A stretch of DNA of 64,000 nt, from NCBI RefSeq assembly GCF_021028975.2, contig NC_059432.1:62000001-62064000 (forward strand). Reading direction: 5' to 3'. The first letter of the stretch is position 1. Each line of letters opens with the position of its first letter. The DNA is from Sphaerodactylus townsendi. Lineage: Eukaryota. This document shows, one piece after another, positions 25,827-37,820 of the stretch. Both the position numbers and the translations under genes were made by a program. The notes under the pieces were generated by a model. It searched no databases, was not told the DNA's origin, and saw nothing but the letters and a program-made list of their open reading frames with translations.

Positions 25827-25958
25827 CCACAACATTTTCCAGCTCCTTATTATGGATGGATATTTGAGAGGCTGTCACCAGTCGAGGTGGCAAGAATCCA
25901 ACATCCTCAGCTATTTTATACAGATCCTTCCACCACAGGGCTCCACCTAAGCACTCAC
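25827..25958 (-). CDS. AS3MT: AS3MT exon 8: GECLGGALWWKDLYKIAEDVGFLPPRLVTASQISIHNKELENVV
   Basis: 132 nt, ag/gt flanks, Cys equivalent to human C206. Confidence 0.95.
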
Positions 25959-27545
25959 CTAAACATGGCACAACAACAAAGCATATTTGATGGAAATGCT
26001 CAGGAAGCATGGAAAAAATACTGAGATATAAGGATACTGGAGAGACTAAAATTATGGTATTAAAGAAAGCCCCATGTATTTTCATCACTGTGGGTTTACA
26101 AGTTTTCCACTTGGCTACTGAGGAGTAGGAAGTGACGTTCAATTAACTTTTTAAAACCAAGACCACATTTGTTAAAATAGAAGATGATGTCAGCATGCAT
26201 TTATATTTATTAATATACACATCACAATTTAGGTATCTCAGAAAGGTAGATCAATATGCATTAAAATATGCAGACATGTTACTTTTTTATCACACAGTGG
26301 AGAACCTTGTTTTCCTCCTTTGGAAAGCGGTTAAACTGTGAGGGTGGCCCCTCTAGGTCAGGAGCCCTGCATGCTGTGAAGGTGGAATGCAAAGTTCCTA
26401 ATTGAAATCCTGAGGAAAGTGTGTTGTGATGGTTACAATGTCAGATTAGGGCTGGGAAATATCTGGCTGCTTCTACATGGAGGATTTTGCTCTTTGTCGT
26501 TGTTCCCTAAACACCCACTTCACAAGTTTTCCCCTCCTTTGCTCCCATCTTTCTGAAACCTGGTTTGATACATTCTTTTGAGAGAGATTACACTCAAAGC
26601 ACCTTCACATGCCATCTGGGCTAGAAGGTGATGTGGCCCTGCCCACATCAGCTGTGATTTCCCCACCTATACCATGAGAGGGCTTTTAGACTCAGCAATT
26701 ACTATATCGCTAGTATGAAAAATCTTTTCTGTGGCATGGGAGAGGGGGCCAAATCACGCAAACTATAGGGGAAACCATCATATCTACAGCAGCAGTGAGA
26801 GCTACACGGGGAAACGTTACCATGTGGCAGTAACCTCAAACTCAGATCCCATTCAGCCATGAAGATCATGGACACTTTTATACATGCTGAATAATGCAGC
26901 TTCTGTACACTTTCAAAGCACATTGAATAATTGTTTACAGATGGATTTTGCCATTTTATACAGTAAAATCCAGTTGCAATATGCAGTGAAAGTACATTAT
27001 TCCCCATATGTGAAAGTGGCTGTGGTGGCCAGAAGCCAATCACTCCTTCTTAGCTCAATCCAGCTCACAAAGTTGTTCTGGGGATAAAATGAATGGCTGG
27101 ACAACCATGTCCACTCTAACCAGCTGGGAAGAAGGAATGAATAAGATCTGAGGACCCCCAACAGTCAAAGCCTGCCAAGAAAGAATACTGCCCTCACTGA
27201 TACCAACAGATTCACACTGGGGGTGACTGCAAACATAGTGCATCCCATCATCCCAATGTAATTTGCAAAGTGAACTCAAAATAAATTGATGATGGTGTCA
27301 GAGATCTCCTAAACAATTCCTTCTAATCTCAATAAAGGACCACAGTCCCTGACCAAATATTCTTATACAGAGAAGCAGGAGGTACCAGAGAACTGTAGAA
27401 CAAAATTGTTCTTGTGTCTGGGGCTCCCAGGCAGTAGCCTAGTTTTAGAAAAACAGGCAGAGTTCAAACATTTTGGGAAATTTCACAGGAGAAATACTCA
27501 AAAGAAAAGCAGTTTTATGCGGGTTGAGGGGACGAATTCTCTCAC

Positions 27546-27627
27546 CCCACAAAATCCTGTTTTTTCTGATCCCCTTAGGCAGGTCACGGCTGGCATACAC
27601 GTCACTGAAATACATCTCCCCGCCTGC
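27546..27627 (-). CDS. AS3MT: AS3MT exon 7: AGGEMYFSDVYASRDLPKGIRKNRILW
   Basis: 82 nt, ag/gtgag flanks. Confidence 0.95.
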
Positions 27628-28267
27628 CTGAGAGAAACAGAGAGAAATGGGAGCCCTAATCACAGCAAATAATTAAATAATAAGTACTGTCTCCAGAGCT
27701 TGATAGGAGAAAGAGGGCATGCAGACTGACTGGGTTAAAGCCAAGGAAACTGCCTGGCTGGGACTGCAGTGCCAGTTCCAGCCACTATTCACCAGCCACT
27801 GAATTTTTTTGCTTTTGATATGTTATGTCTTCTAAAGCAACTCAGCCAATCCAGGCAAACTAAATTAACCAAGGTCTCTGGAGGAGGCCCAGGCTGTCTC
27901 CTTGTAGGAAAGTCAACCATCCTTATTTTGTTTAAATAAACAGAATGCAGTAGCAGCTGAGCAGCAAAGCACCTTGCAGGCAATGAAACCTGCATTTAGG
28001 ACATGGTTCTGAAATTTCTGACTAGTGACTTTTTGCAGGTGCTGATCTACATGTGCACTTCGCTCCAGACACTGAAGTCAAAAAGTTTCAGTGCTCAGTT
28101 CTGGCTGAATACATTTTCCAATTGCATGACTCAGCATAGCTACTTCCAGAAAATATTTTTTGGTGTGAGAGTATGGTACAGATCTCCTTCTCACCGCAAG
28201 ACCCTTTCCCTCTCCACTGCCAATACAGCCAGCCTAAGATGCATTTCACAACCAGCTGTCACTTTAC

Positions 28268-28337
28268 CTTTAACACTCGATAGGCCTCACGCAGGACGGC
28301 TCTTTTATCAGGAGACAGGTTAACTACACAGTTGGAG
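28268..28337 (-). CDS. AS3MT: AS3MT exon 6: [23 protein letters not shown]
   Basis: 70 nt, ag/gt flanks, Cys equivalent to human C156. Confidence 0.95.
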
Positions 28338-29374
28338 CTAAATGGGAGATAAAAGCTTGTTTAGGTCCTTTGGAGAAGGAAAACAAGGAACAGATTTTAC
28401 TAGCCTAATAAGAACAAGCTGTAGAACCAGGCAACATGGAAGGTTGACTTCCCTGCACAGGTAAGAGGCAGGAGAAATACTGGTATCCCTTGTGTCCATG
28501 ATGAGTCCTGCTGTCTTCACCTAGCCCAGTCCAGGAGCACAATCACATATGGCTTAAAGCAAGACAGTTGTCAGTCATCATAATTAAATACCAAATTAGA
28601 GAAACTTTCCTGATCTAGATCAGGAGCTTGCCTCCAAAAGTAAGCAATAATAAGACTGGCAAATGTGTTTCCCAAACAATCTTGTAAAAGATGAAGAGCC
28701 AAAGAAGAAACTGCATTACCATTCCCACAAACCCACTGATTCTCTCTGCAAATGCTGCCTGTTGGGTTCCTTCCAACATCAGGCCTGAAGGGAAAACACA
28801 GTAAAAAAAATGCTGGAGGGCAAGGCCATTTGTAAGAGAATCAGAGGGTGCAGAAAGGCTCAAGCATCCTGTCAGGCCCACTGATTCTTCCATACACATG
28901 CTCCCCCCCTTCAAAAACATTAGCATTATGAAACAAAAACAAGGTCAGGAGCCCAATGCCTGCCTCCTAATGTGAAATTCCGTCCTCAGAGATCGCACAC
29001 CCAGACAGTGATAGACTCTATTCCTTCTGGTTTCCTCACACATTACTTCAGCGTGGGCTTCAAACCTCAACTCTCCTGCTCATTACTTAGGTTGCTTAAG
29101 GTCTTAGTCAGATCCTAACCACTGACACCATTTCCAGGTCTGTCCTAGGTCATGTCTGACAGATGAGTGCTACATGTTTGGATCACAAATGTGGGAACAA
29201 GAAACAACAAACTGTGTAGTTAGTACTTCAGTCTCAGCTCCTCCCCTCACATGTAGTATTAACTACCTACATTACAGGGTTCTTATAAAGATTACAAGAT
29301 AAGTTACATTGAACAAGTGACCACTTATATTACTGTACAAATGCTACAGAGAAAAGAGCTAGAAAAATACCTAC

Positions 29375-29511
29375 ATTACAAGGTTATAGCTTTCATCCTT
29401 CAGGCCCACTGCTCCCAGTTCTTCTATGTGTCCAAGAATGAAGTTCACATTGGGATTCTGGTAGTTTAATTTGTTCATGTGATGGTCAATGTACTTTTTT
29501 GCCACTTCCAC
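29375..29511 (-). CDS. AS3MT: AS3MT exon 5: VEVAKKYIDHHMNKLNYQNPNVNFILGHIEELGAVGLKDESYNLVI
   Basis: 137 nt, ag/gt flanks. Confidence 0.95.
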
Positions 29512-31056
29512 CTAAAGGAGGGAAGATAAAGCAACCAAAGAATAAACATTGGATTGTATTTGCTGTTGCCACCAAACAGTTATCACCAATTCTCAACAAT
29601 CAACTTGTTAACTCCATCTCCGCTACCTTTTTGATGTCAGGCTACCAGCTTGCCCTTTCCTTTCTGGATTGTTATCCAGGTATGCTATGGTTCCAGTTGT
29701 GTTTGCTGCATTTTGTTTTCAGTCTGCATACGGAAGTACAAATATTGCCCTAAATCCCTCATTCTGCATTTGCCCTGCATAATGCTTTGCCACAAAGGTA
29801 GCTCTCAACCATCTTATATATTTATTTACTTAATTTATATTCCACCTTTCTCCCCGATGGCTCACATTCTCCTCATCTCCTTAATTTTATCCTCACAACC
29901 TCTAAGAAGAAAGCTGGGCCGAGAGCGTGTGACTAGCCCAAAGTCACACAGGGAGTTTTAATGGGAGAGTGGGAAATCTTAGGTCTCCCATATCCTAAAT
30001 GATGCTCTAACCACTACACTAAACTGGCCTGATAAGCTTCTCTACAACTAAAAGTAATCTCAAATTCTCCTTACATAATTTTCAAGTGTCTCTGTGGCTG
30101 TGTCTTGTATGGCAAAGCTATGCTATACTGTCATATGTATTGATATATCACTAAAGCAACCCTGTTGCCCAATGTCACCCACTGAGTTTCATAGCCAAGA
30201 GATTCTGATCCACCACTTCCCCAGGACCTGGCCCAACTATTGTAACACACTGGCTAATCCAATTTTCTTTCTTTCTATCTATCTATCCATCTCAAAAGGG
30301 CAAGAAACTTCACATTTCCCTTTATAACTCCACAATGTCAAAGGCTAGAGACTGTTTTTAAACATAGCTAGGAACTACAAAAATGTGGTAAAAGATGTTA
30401 TAATACTATGGCAGTCTAATAATTCCTGATTTGTTCAAGTTCTAAAAAAGTACTCCAGAGAGAGACAGAAGGGGGGGAATCGTAGCAGTGGGGTTTTAGG
30501 CAAAGAAAATGGCATAAAACCTGCAAAAATGCACACCTTCTAAAAGGGAATATTCCTTTGCAAGATAAGAAGCTATAAATCTCAGATTATTTTATACAAT
30601 GAACATCTATATATAGACATCACTTCTGTATAATAAAAGTATGTGTCAAAATAAGCATGTGCTGATGGAGTATGATTAGTTTTGATACATAGAAGCAAAA
30701 ACTGTAAACAGTTAACTGAATGTAATAAAGGATGGAGACTGGGAAACAGAGATAAAGGATTACAAAAAAGCAGACTGTACATGAACTGAGGTGTAAGAGT
30801 TCAGAGCCGGAGCAAAGGAGAACTGCACCCCTGCCATGCCACCGCCTGCCACCGTCATGCCCCAAAATGCCCCCGCACCAGCGTGCGCCCGATGCGTCAC
30901 ATTCCCCCCGCCCCCTTGGCGCTATGCCACTGAACATGAAAAAAGTAGGCCAAGAAGAATGTTCAATGATAAGAAGAATCAATAGCCATTATCTACTGGC
31001 AATCTGCAGACAAAACCTACTGGTCTGAATTTGCTGGGGATGAAACAAGTTCCTAC

Positions 31057-31207
31057 CTGAGTTTCAGTCATGTCTATCCCAGTGACATGTCCATTCTCCC
31101 CAACGAGTTTGCAGAGAATGTAACAGTCCCTTCCACTCCCACTGCCCAAATCTAATATCCAACAATTTTCTATGCACTCTGGTATCACCAAACCACAACC
31201 ATAGTAC
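31057..31207 (-). CDS. AS3MT: AS3MT exon 4: YYGCGLVIPECIENCWILDLGSGSGRDCYILCKLVGENGHVTGIDMTETQ
   Basis: 151 nt; SAM-binding motif I LDLGSGSG; Cys equivalent to human C61. Confidence 0.97.
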
Positions 31208-32633
31208 CTGGGGGGAAAGAAAAAAAGGAACAAACTAATATGAAAGGAAATGATGGGACAGAAAATATTGATCAAGTACAGCAAGAGACAATCCATATCA
31301 ACACCACTTCACAAGAGGTATTTAACTATTATGATTGTACATGCTGCCCTTCAATATTCTTCTGCCACAGGCGAATAGTTAAAAACCGAACCATGCAGTT
31401 CTATGCAAAGTTACTTCAATCAAACCCCACTGAGATCTACACTAAAGTAACTCTGCATAAGACTGAACTGTTATTCATGATTTTATGTAGTCAAAGTTAC
31501 CATATTATATATTTTGACAAATTATATAAAATATAAGGAAGGAAATGCATAATGAAAATAATTATGCAAGAAGGCTATACCATACCAATCATATTCATTC
31601 ATCATTCTTGCAATTAAAAATAATATTGGTAGTTTAAACAGCAACATGTGCAATCTTAATAAGATGTCTTATTCATTTTTTGTTTAAATTCAACAATTGA
31701 TTATAGTCAGACCTGTTGTCTATCAAAAGAAAGTGTCCTGCAGCTGCCACCTCAATATTTTTATACAAATGGGAACATAGAACACAATGCAGAAATTTAT
31801 CTATTACTGCTCTGTCATATTGGCAAGGTCTTTCAGAATATGAGACAATATTAAAGCATCCCCTACTTCACAGAGGATTCCACTGCGATTAGATTAAGTG
31901 TCTGGGAACAAAGTAAAGAACTACTAATTTATTTATCTGTTTACATTATATATACTGAGACTCAAGGAGCATTGAACAGTTTAAGTTCATCCAATCAACA
32001 GGGTGAGACATACAGTAAACATTTGATTTGGATTGCTGAAATCTGAAATAGACCTGAAACCGAGCACAAACTTTCACATGGTATATTAAACAATGCACAA
32101 ATTACATGGTAGGATCAGATGTACAGCAACAGCCAGTACATACTGAACACTGTAGAATGGTCTGCTGTCCCTATCCTTTTACCAAAAGCATCTTTCTGAA
32201 CTATTTTTTTTCCATACAGCCCAGTTACGTTTGTAAAAAATACACTCCTAAATGATGCAGTTTTACAGAGTTTGCAAAATGTCAGGAGAGTGGGAGCCTT
32301 GCATATTTATGTGCCTGATCAAATAGCATAAGCTCGTTTTTGACATCATAAAAGGAAGTGTAAGTGTAAGATTATTAAACAGCTATCAATTATTGTTAGA
32401 GGAAAGGTAAACTTCAAATGATTTCTTTTTCATTTTCCATTGCAGTAACACTGTGGTGTGGCACCAAGGTAGTCTTCCTAAAAAAATCCACATGGACTCC
32501 TGAATTCTTAGGCCAACCAATTGCAATTTGCCCATATCAATCAAGTAATATTTTAGCTATTCAGTCTACCCGTATATCCTTTCTATGATACAACCCAAGT
32601 GAGTGAAGTTCAGTCAAAACCCTGATACAGTAC

Positions 32634-32761
32634 TTTGCTGAGACTTCCTCATGTACACACTGGAGTGCTTCTCTGATAAATGCAGGCAAAGTTCTTGCTG
32701 TAGTAAGGCAAGCATTGGTTTTGAGATCTGTTGTTTTCGTCAGCTCTTTGCCATAGTAATC
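32634..32761 (-). CDS. AS3MT: AS3MT exon 3: DYYGKELTKTTDLKTNACLTTARTLPAFIREALQCVHEEVSA
   Basis: 128 nt, ag/gt flanks, Cys equivalent to human C32. Confidence 0.95.
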
Positions 32762-33508
32762 CTGAGAAGGGAAAGGTAACACCAGAGTTATAAACAATAA
32801 TTTTAAAAAGGTTCAGGGGCTGTCTGTTCCACGGTGGTCAGTGGAAACAGAGATCCCAACCGGGGTCCTAGATCTCTCACCAAACTATACAGTTTGCGTT
32901 ACAAAGATTGGCAAACACCTTAAATCCAAACAGAATTACAGTGTAATCCTAAACTGTGACAAATGTTTGTAAACCTAGGGTGTAACTTCATAGGATCACA
33001 CTACCAACACCTAAATATATCACATACAAACAAGCTCCAAATCACCATTTGAAATACCAGCCACATTTGAGGGGGCACAGTCTCTGATGGGGCCAAGGCA
33101 GAGGCTGGCAGTGGCAACTATGGAGTTGTTTCCTTAGACTACAGAACCCCTTCTCATTTATTCCAATAACTCTTTCTTTCAACTAAGCAAGATGATAACA
33201 ACAACAAAAATCCGCTATGCTTCTCAAGCAGTCACTAGGCTAGAGCTTTCCTGGAGATCTCCCAAAATTACAGGCTGATTCTAGACAGCAGAGCTCAGTT
33301 TGCCAGGGAGAAAAGTACACCATCAGACAGTGGACTCTATGGCACTGAGATTTTTCTCCCCAAGCTCTACCCTCCTCAGGCTCAACTCCAAATCTCCAAA
33401 AATGTCCCAAGCCAGAGTTGGCAATTTCACATGATCAGGCTGGACAGGTGGGCTAGACAAGAAGCAAACAGACCCAGATGGGGAAAGAGATCAGGCCAGT
33501 AATGCACA

Positions 33509-33659
33509 GGCCCCTTCCGCACATGCAGAATAATGCACTTTCAATCCACTTTCACAATTGTTTGCAAGTGGATTTTGCTATTCAGCACAGTAAAATCCAG
33601 CTGCAAAGTGCACTGAAAGTGGATTGAAAGGGCATTATTCTGCATGTGCAGAAGGGGCC
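33509..33659. mobile_element. Palindromic PIF/Harbinger-type MITE, 3-bp TSD ACA
   Basis: TIR GGCCCCTTCCGCACATGCAGAATAATGC; aca on both sides; sister copy at 37628-37768. Confidence 0.8.
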
Positions 33660-33810
33660 ACAGAAGTGTTCACGCATTGGATGCAACAGAGACTCTTCCA
33701 ATGGGGCCACATTTGCCGGGAAAAATCATTAGCCAGACGTGCAAGTTTTAGTCTGGAACAGTTCCTGGTGCACGGCCAAAGATACAAATATCAGGTTATT
33801 GCACTCCCAC

Positions 33811-33842
33811 CTGCACTTCATTGTATATCCGCTGGGCAGCCA
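33811..33842 (-). CDS. AS3MT: AS3MT exon 2: (M)AAQRIYNEVQ, beginning with the TG of the split start codon
   Basis: ttctttgtag|TGGCTGCC...GTGCAG|gtggga; 32 nt + 1 nt = 11 codons, in frame with exon 3. Confidence 0.88.
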
Positions 33843-34093
33843 CTACAAAGAAACAAAAAGAATCTGCGTGAGAATATTGCGAAGATTCCTCACTCAATTG
33901 ATTACGGTCAGTGAATGGGAGGGGGGAGGGGACCTTTATTGTCTGCGCCCAATCAGTTCCCCAGGCTCCTGCACAAGACCCTCCAGACACGTGCACTGAA
34001 CAACCCGCATTCCCTGCTCCCGTTAGAATTTCTTTCCGGCCGCCAACAAGATAATCCTGATTCGTCCCCCCACCCCCCCTACCACCACCTTAC

Positions 34094-34300
34094 TGTGTGC
34101 AGATCGAAGCCCTTTCCCACACTCTGAATCCCCGCAGCCACGAAGTTACATAAATTTGGACTTCCAACCTCGGGTGTAATACGGGCGTGGTCAGGGCGCC
34201 CTGTGTCGTAATTGGTCGATGTGACCAGCTTTTAGGGACGATTCTGATCCAGGAGGCGCGCTCCGTCTTTCTTCTCATTGCGGCCCTGTCAGTTTGCAGC
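34094..34300 (-). other. AS3MT: AS3MT exon 1 (5' UTR plus the A of ATG at 34094) within a small CpG island; 5' boundary uncertain
   Basis: ...CTGCACACA|gtaagg donor; CpG enrichment at about 33950-34340. Joined CDS is 1110 nt = 369 aa + stop. Confidence 0.75.
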
Positions 34301-34559
34301 AGCCCCCGTCAGTTGGGTCAGTGTTAGGAATTACACACGCGTTTAGATTAGGTGAATGGATGTTGAAGGGACCACTCCTTTAAAAACTAGGGCCACTGCC
34401 TCCTTTCACTGTGCAGGCTTTTGTTGTGGGAAAAGAAGGGTCAGAGTCTGGGAGATGAGCCACGAATCAGAATGATAGTTACAAGAGCCAGTGAGGCATA
34501 CTGGTTAAGGAATCAAATGATAATTTGATTTAGAGGGCATAATGAGCTGGGAGGGGGAA

Positions 34560-34850
34560 GAAGCAGCAGCATTTGGATTTATACCCCACTTTTCTCTCCT
34601 ATAAGGAGACTCAAGGTGGTTTACAATCTCCTTTCCCTTCCTCTCACCACAACAGACACCTTGTGAGGTAGGTGGGGCTGAAAGAGTTCCAAAGAACTGT
34701 GCCTAGCTCAAGGTCACCCAGCGGGAATGTAGGAGTGCAGAAACACAGCTGGTTCACCAGATAAGCCTCTGCCACTCAGGCGGAGGAATGGGGAATCAAA
34801 CCTGGTTCTTCAGATTAGAATTTACCTTCTCTTAACCATTAGAACACACT
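34560..34850 (-). mobile_element. Full-length CORE SINE (Squam3-like, gecko-type)
   Basis: tttggatttatacccc...ggagactcaag...gtgaggtaggtggggctga...aaggtcacccag...ggggaatcaaacctggttc...cttaacca. Confidence 0.75.
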
Positions 34851-36770
34851 GTGTTTATCATGCTGGAACGCATGAAATACAAATACCAAACTCTTCTGAA
34901 GAAAGTGTCTACAAATATTCCTGATAAACTAAATGTATGCAACCCATGTGAGTAAATTTTCCAAAAGCTGTCCTCTTATTGACTGCAGCACAGAAATTAT
35001 CCTATAAACATACTTACCTGTCAGCATAATCTGTCACAGACCTCTCCACCTCTACAAGCAATATAATTAAACATTGTCCTTCCATTGCACAGTAACGTGG
35101 TTTAAAAATTGTAACCAATGTCTTCTAATGGTGTATGTATTTGAAAATGTGGATGGATGCAAATGTGTAGCTAACAGGAGGCAGAGAAGATGCTGATGCT
35201 CAGGGATAAAACCAGAAAATCCAAGCTTATATAAACCAGCAGTGTAGCGGTTAGAATATTGAACTGGGATCTACCAGCCTGAGGTCTGAATCCCCATTCT
35301 ACCAGGGAAGCTTTCTGGGTGACCGTGGGCTAGTCACACTATCTCAGCCTAACCTTCTTCATAGGGCTGTTGTGAGGATACAATGGATAAAAGATGCATG
35401 CCACCCTGAGCCCCTCAGACAAATAATGGTATAAAAATCTAGTAAACAAATTTAGTAAACATTTAGGGCCAAAGACAACTTCCCTTCTAGTCTTCTATTC
35501 ATTTTAACTCATGAGCACTTGTAAACAGACCTTTAGCCTGTTTACTTTTTGCAGCATTCTGGTTAGACAAAGAAGCCCTGTGTCCTTAAAAGATGCATCA
35601 CACATTAATTTTGCAATTAATTGATTTACAACGTTATATGTTTACAATCAGATTAAGGAGTAAAAAAACCATTACTACCCTTCTCTGCACAAAATGGAAG
35701 ATGCCTCTGATAACAAATGAAAAAGACAATTCTATCAAAAAGTGCATATTATAGGCTCAAGCTAGCTTCCAAAACAAATTTCTCACTAGCTGTAAATGAA
35801 GCCTTCTCCAAAGGACAACGCTGTTTAACAGATGGCCCCAGCATTTCTCCCAGCTGCATATCTAAAGAGATTACTTGGTCTATAGAGAATTATATAATGA
35901 ACCCAAGGCTGCCTAATCAAGAGCTGTAGCAGCAGTGACTATGAAAGAATGCAGTTCAAGGCCAAAACAGACAGCAGGGAGTACATTCCAGGCCCTTTCC
36001 CCCATAGAAAACGCACACATTTCAGTTGTTCCAGCACACCTCACACTCAAGCAACAGATGCTGTATTAGGAAGAATGGAAAGATTTAATTAAAAGTGAAA
36101 TTGTTAGCAATTTCTTTATTAAAATATTCGTACTTCATTTTCCATAAGGAGTTTTTCACCATAGCTGTGTGCATTGTTCTTGTACAATGAAACATGCAGA
36201 ATTTTTTGAGAACTAGTAAGCTATTTATATCAAACTGAACTAAGCCCCCAGAAATCCAAGCAGAACTTGGCAATCTCAGCTCCCACTAACTAAAAATGAA
36301 GCCAAAAGAGAAAGGGATCCAGCCATTGAAACACAGCTCTTCCTTTGAAAGTAATTTCCATCTTCATGGTTGTTGCTTGTCATCATTTCTGCATCACAAT
36401 TTAGGGAACAAGTGAGAATATCTAGGAAGATACACTAAACTTAACAGGCTTACTCTTTTAAGATTACTTTTGCCATTTCCTAGCAAGTTTAAGGAAAAAA
36501 AATGTGATAAAATAAAATACAAGGATGTACCATCCTTTTAGAAAGCAAACATTTGCCATGAGAAATTAACCTCTCTTCTCATGTCAGGGCCTTATGCAAT
36601 GAGCTACATATGCCATTGAGCTACATAACAGCCATCAGGACATCTGGCATGTGATATTGGACAAGAAAAGTCTCATAGTGCAATTGCTGAAGCAAGATGA
36701 GATTCCATAATTCTTGGAACATGGTTTTCCCCATCAGTTTCCAGCCGTTCTTTGGTATTGTACACTCTTT

Positions 36771-36822
36771 TCATTTCAAAAGGTGGCTCAGTTGATCACG
36801 CAAATTCGAAGACTGTTCAACA
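36771..36822 (-). CDS. BORCS7: BORCS7 exon 5 (last coding): VEQSSNLRDQLSHLLK*
   Basis: tctttcag acceptor; homologous to human VEQSSDLQDQLNHLLK; candidate AATAAA at 36115-36120. Confidence 0.93.
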
Positions 36823-36869
36823 CTGAAAGAGAGGTAAAAACATTCAATAGGTAAAAAGATAAAAATGCA

Positions 36870-37122
36870 CGTGCCAGATCATTACTGATTCAGGGGGTTA
36901 CATCACAACATTTACTAGGCAGACTGTGTTTATGGGGATGGTTTGCCATTGCCTTCCCTATTTGTCTACTTTACCCCTAGCAAGCTGGGTGCTCGCTTTA
37001 GTAACCTCAGAAGGATGGAAGGCTGAGTCAACTTTGAACCGCTTTCCTGAAACTGACTTTCATCAGGATCGAACTTAGGTTTTGACTGCAATACTGCAGT
37101 TTATTATTCTACACCACAGAGC
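36870..37122 (-). mobile_element. Sauria SINE
   Basis: ggtttgccattgccttccc...gcaagctgggt...cctcagaaggatggaaggctgagtcaac diagnostic blocks. Confidence 0.75.
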
Positions 37123-37139
37123 TTCTCAAATATTTGGAT

Positions 37140-37820
37140 ACATAAGAATGTAATAGCCTTGCTGGATCATAACAGTGATCCATTTAGTCCAATGTCCCAT
37201 CTCACAAAGTGACTAACGTTAAGAGATCGATGTCAAGGCCTTCCCTCAATGTTGTCTCCTAACATTGGTATTCAGAGGTTTACTGCCTTGGAATATGGAG
37301 GTTCCCTTTAATCACCATGACTGACAGCCACTGATGTATTTGTTCTCCATGTGATTATCTAATCACCTTCTAAAGCCGTCTACACTTGTGGTCATCACTA
37401 CATCCTTGGAAATGAATTCAGCATTTTAATCACTTTTTGAGTAAAGAACTACTTCCCTATGACTGTTCTGAATTGACTGCCCATGAACTTCATTGTGTGC
37501 TCTCAAGTTCCAATATTTTGAGAGATGGAGGAAAAAGTTATCACTGTCCTCTCCACCTCATGCATAATTTTATAACTCTCTATCATGTTCTCCCTCAGTC
37601 ATCTTTTTTCTAAACTGAAGAATCCTAGGCCCCTTCCGCACACGCAAAATAATGCGTTTTCAAACCACTTTCACAACTGTTTGCAAGTGGATTTTGCTAT
37701 TCCGCACAGCTTTAAAGAGCACTGAAAGCAGTTTGAAAGTGCATTATTCTGCATGTGCGGAATGAGCCCTAGTCTCTACCTTTCTTCACAGGAAAAGTAC
37801 TCCAATCCCTTAATCATCTT
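37140..37820 (-). mobile_element. CR1 3' fragment interrupted by a Harbinger-type MITE (37628-37768, TSD CTA)
   Basis: cataagaa tail, ataattttataactctctatcatg and ttttctaaactgaag CR1 ORF2 end motifs; MITE flanked by cta/cta. Confidence 0.7.
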
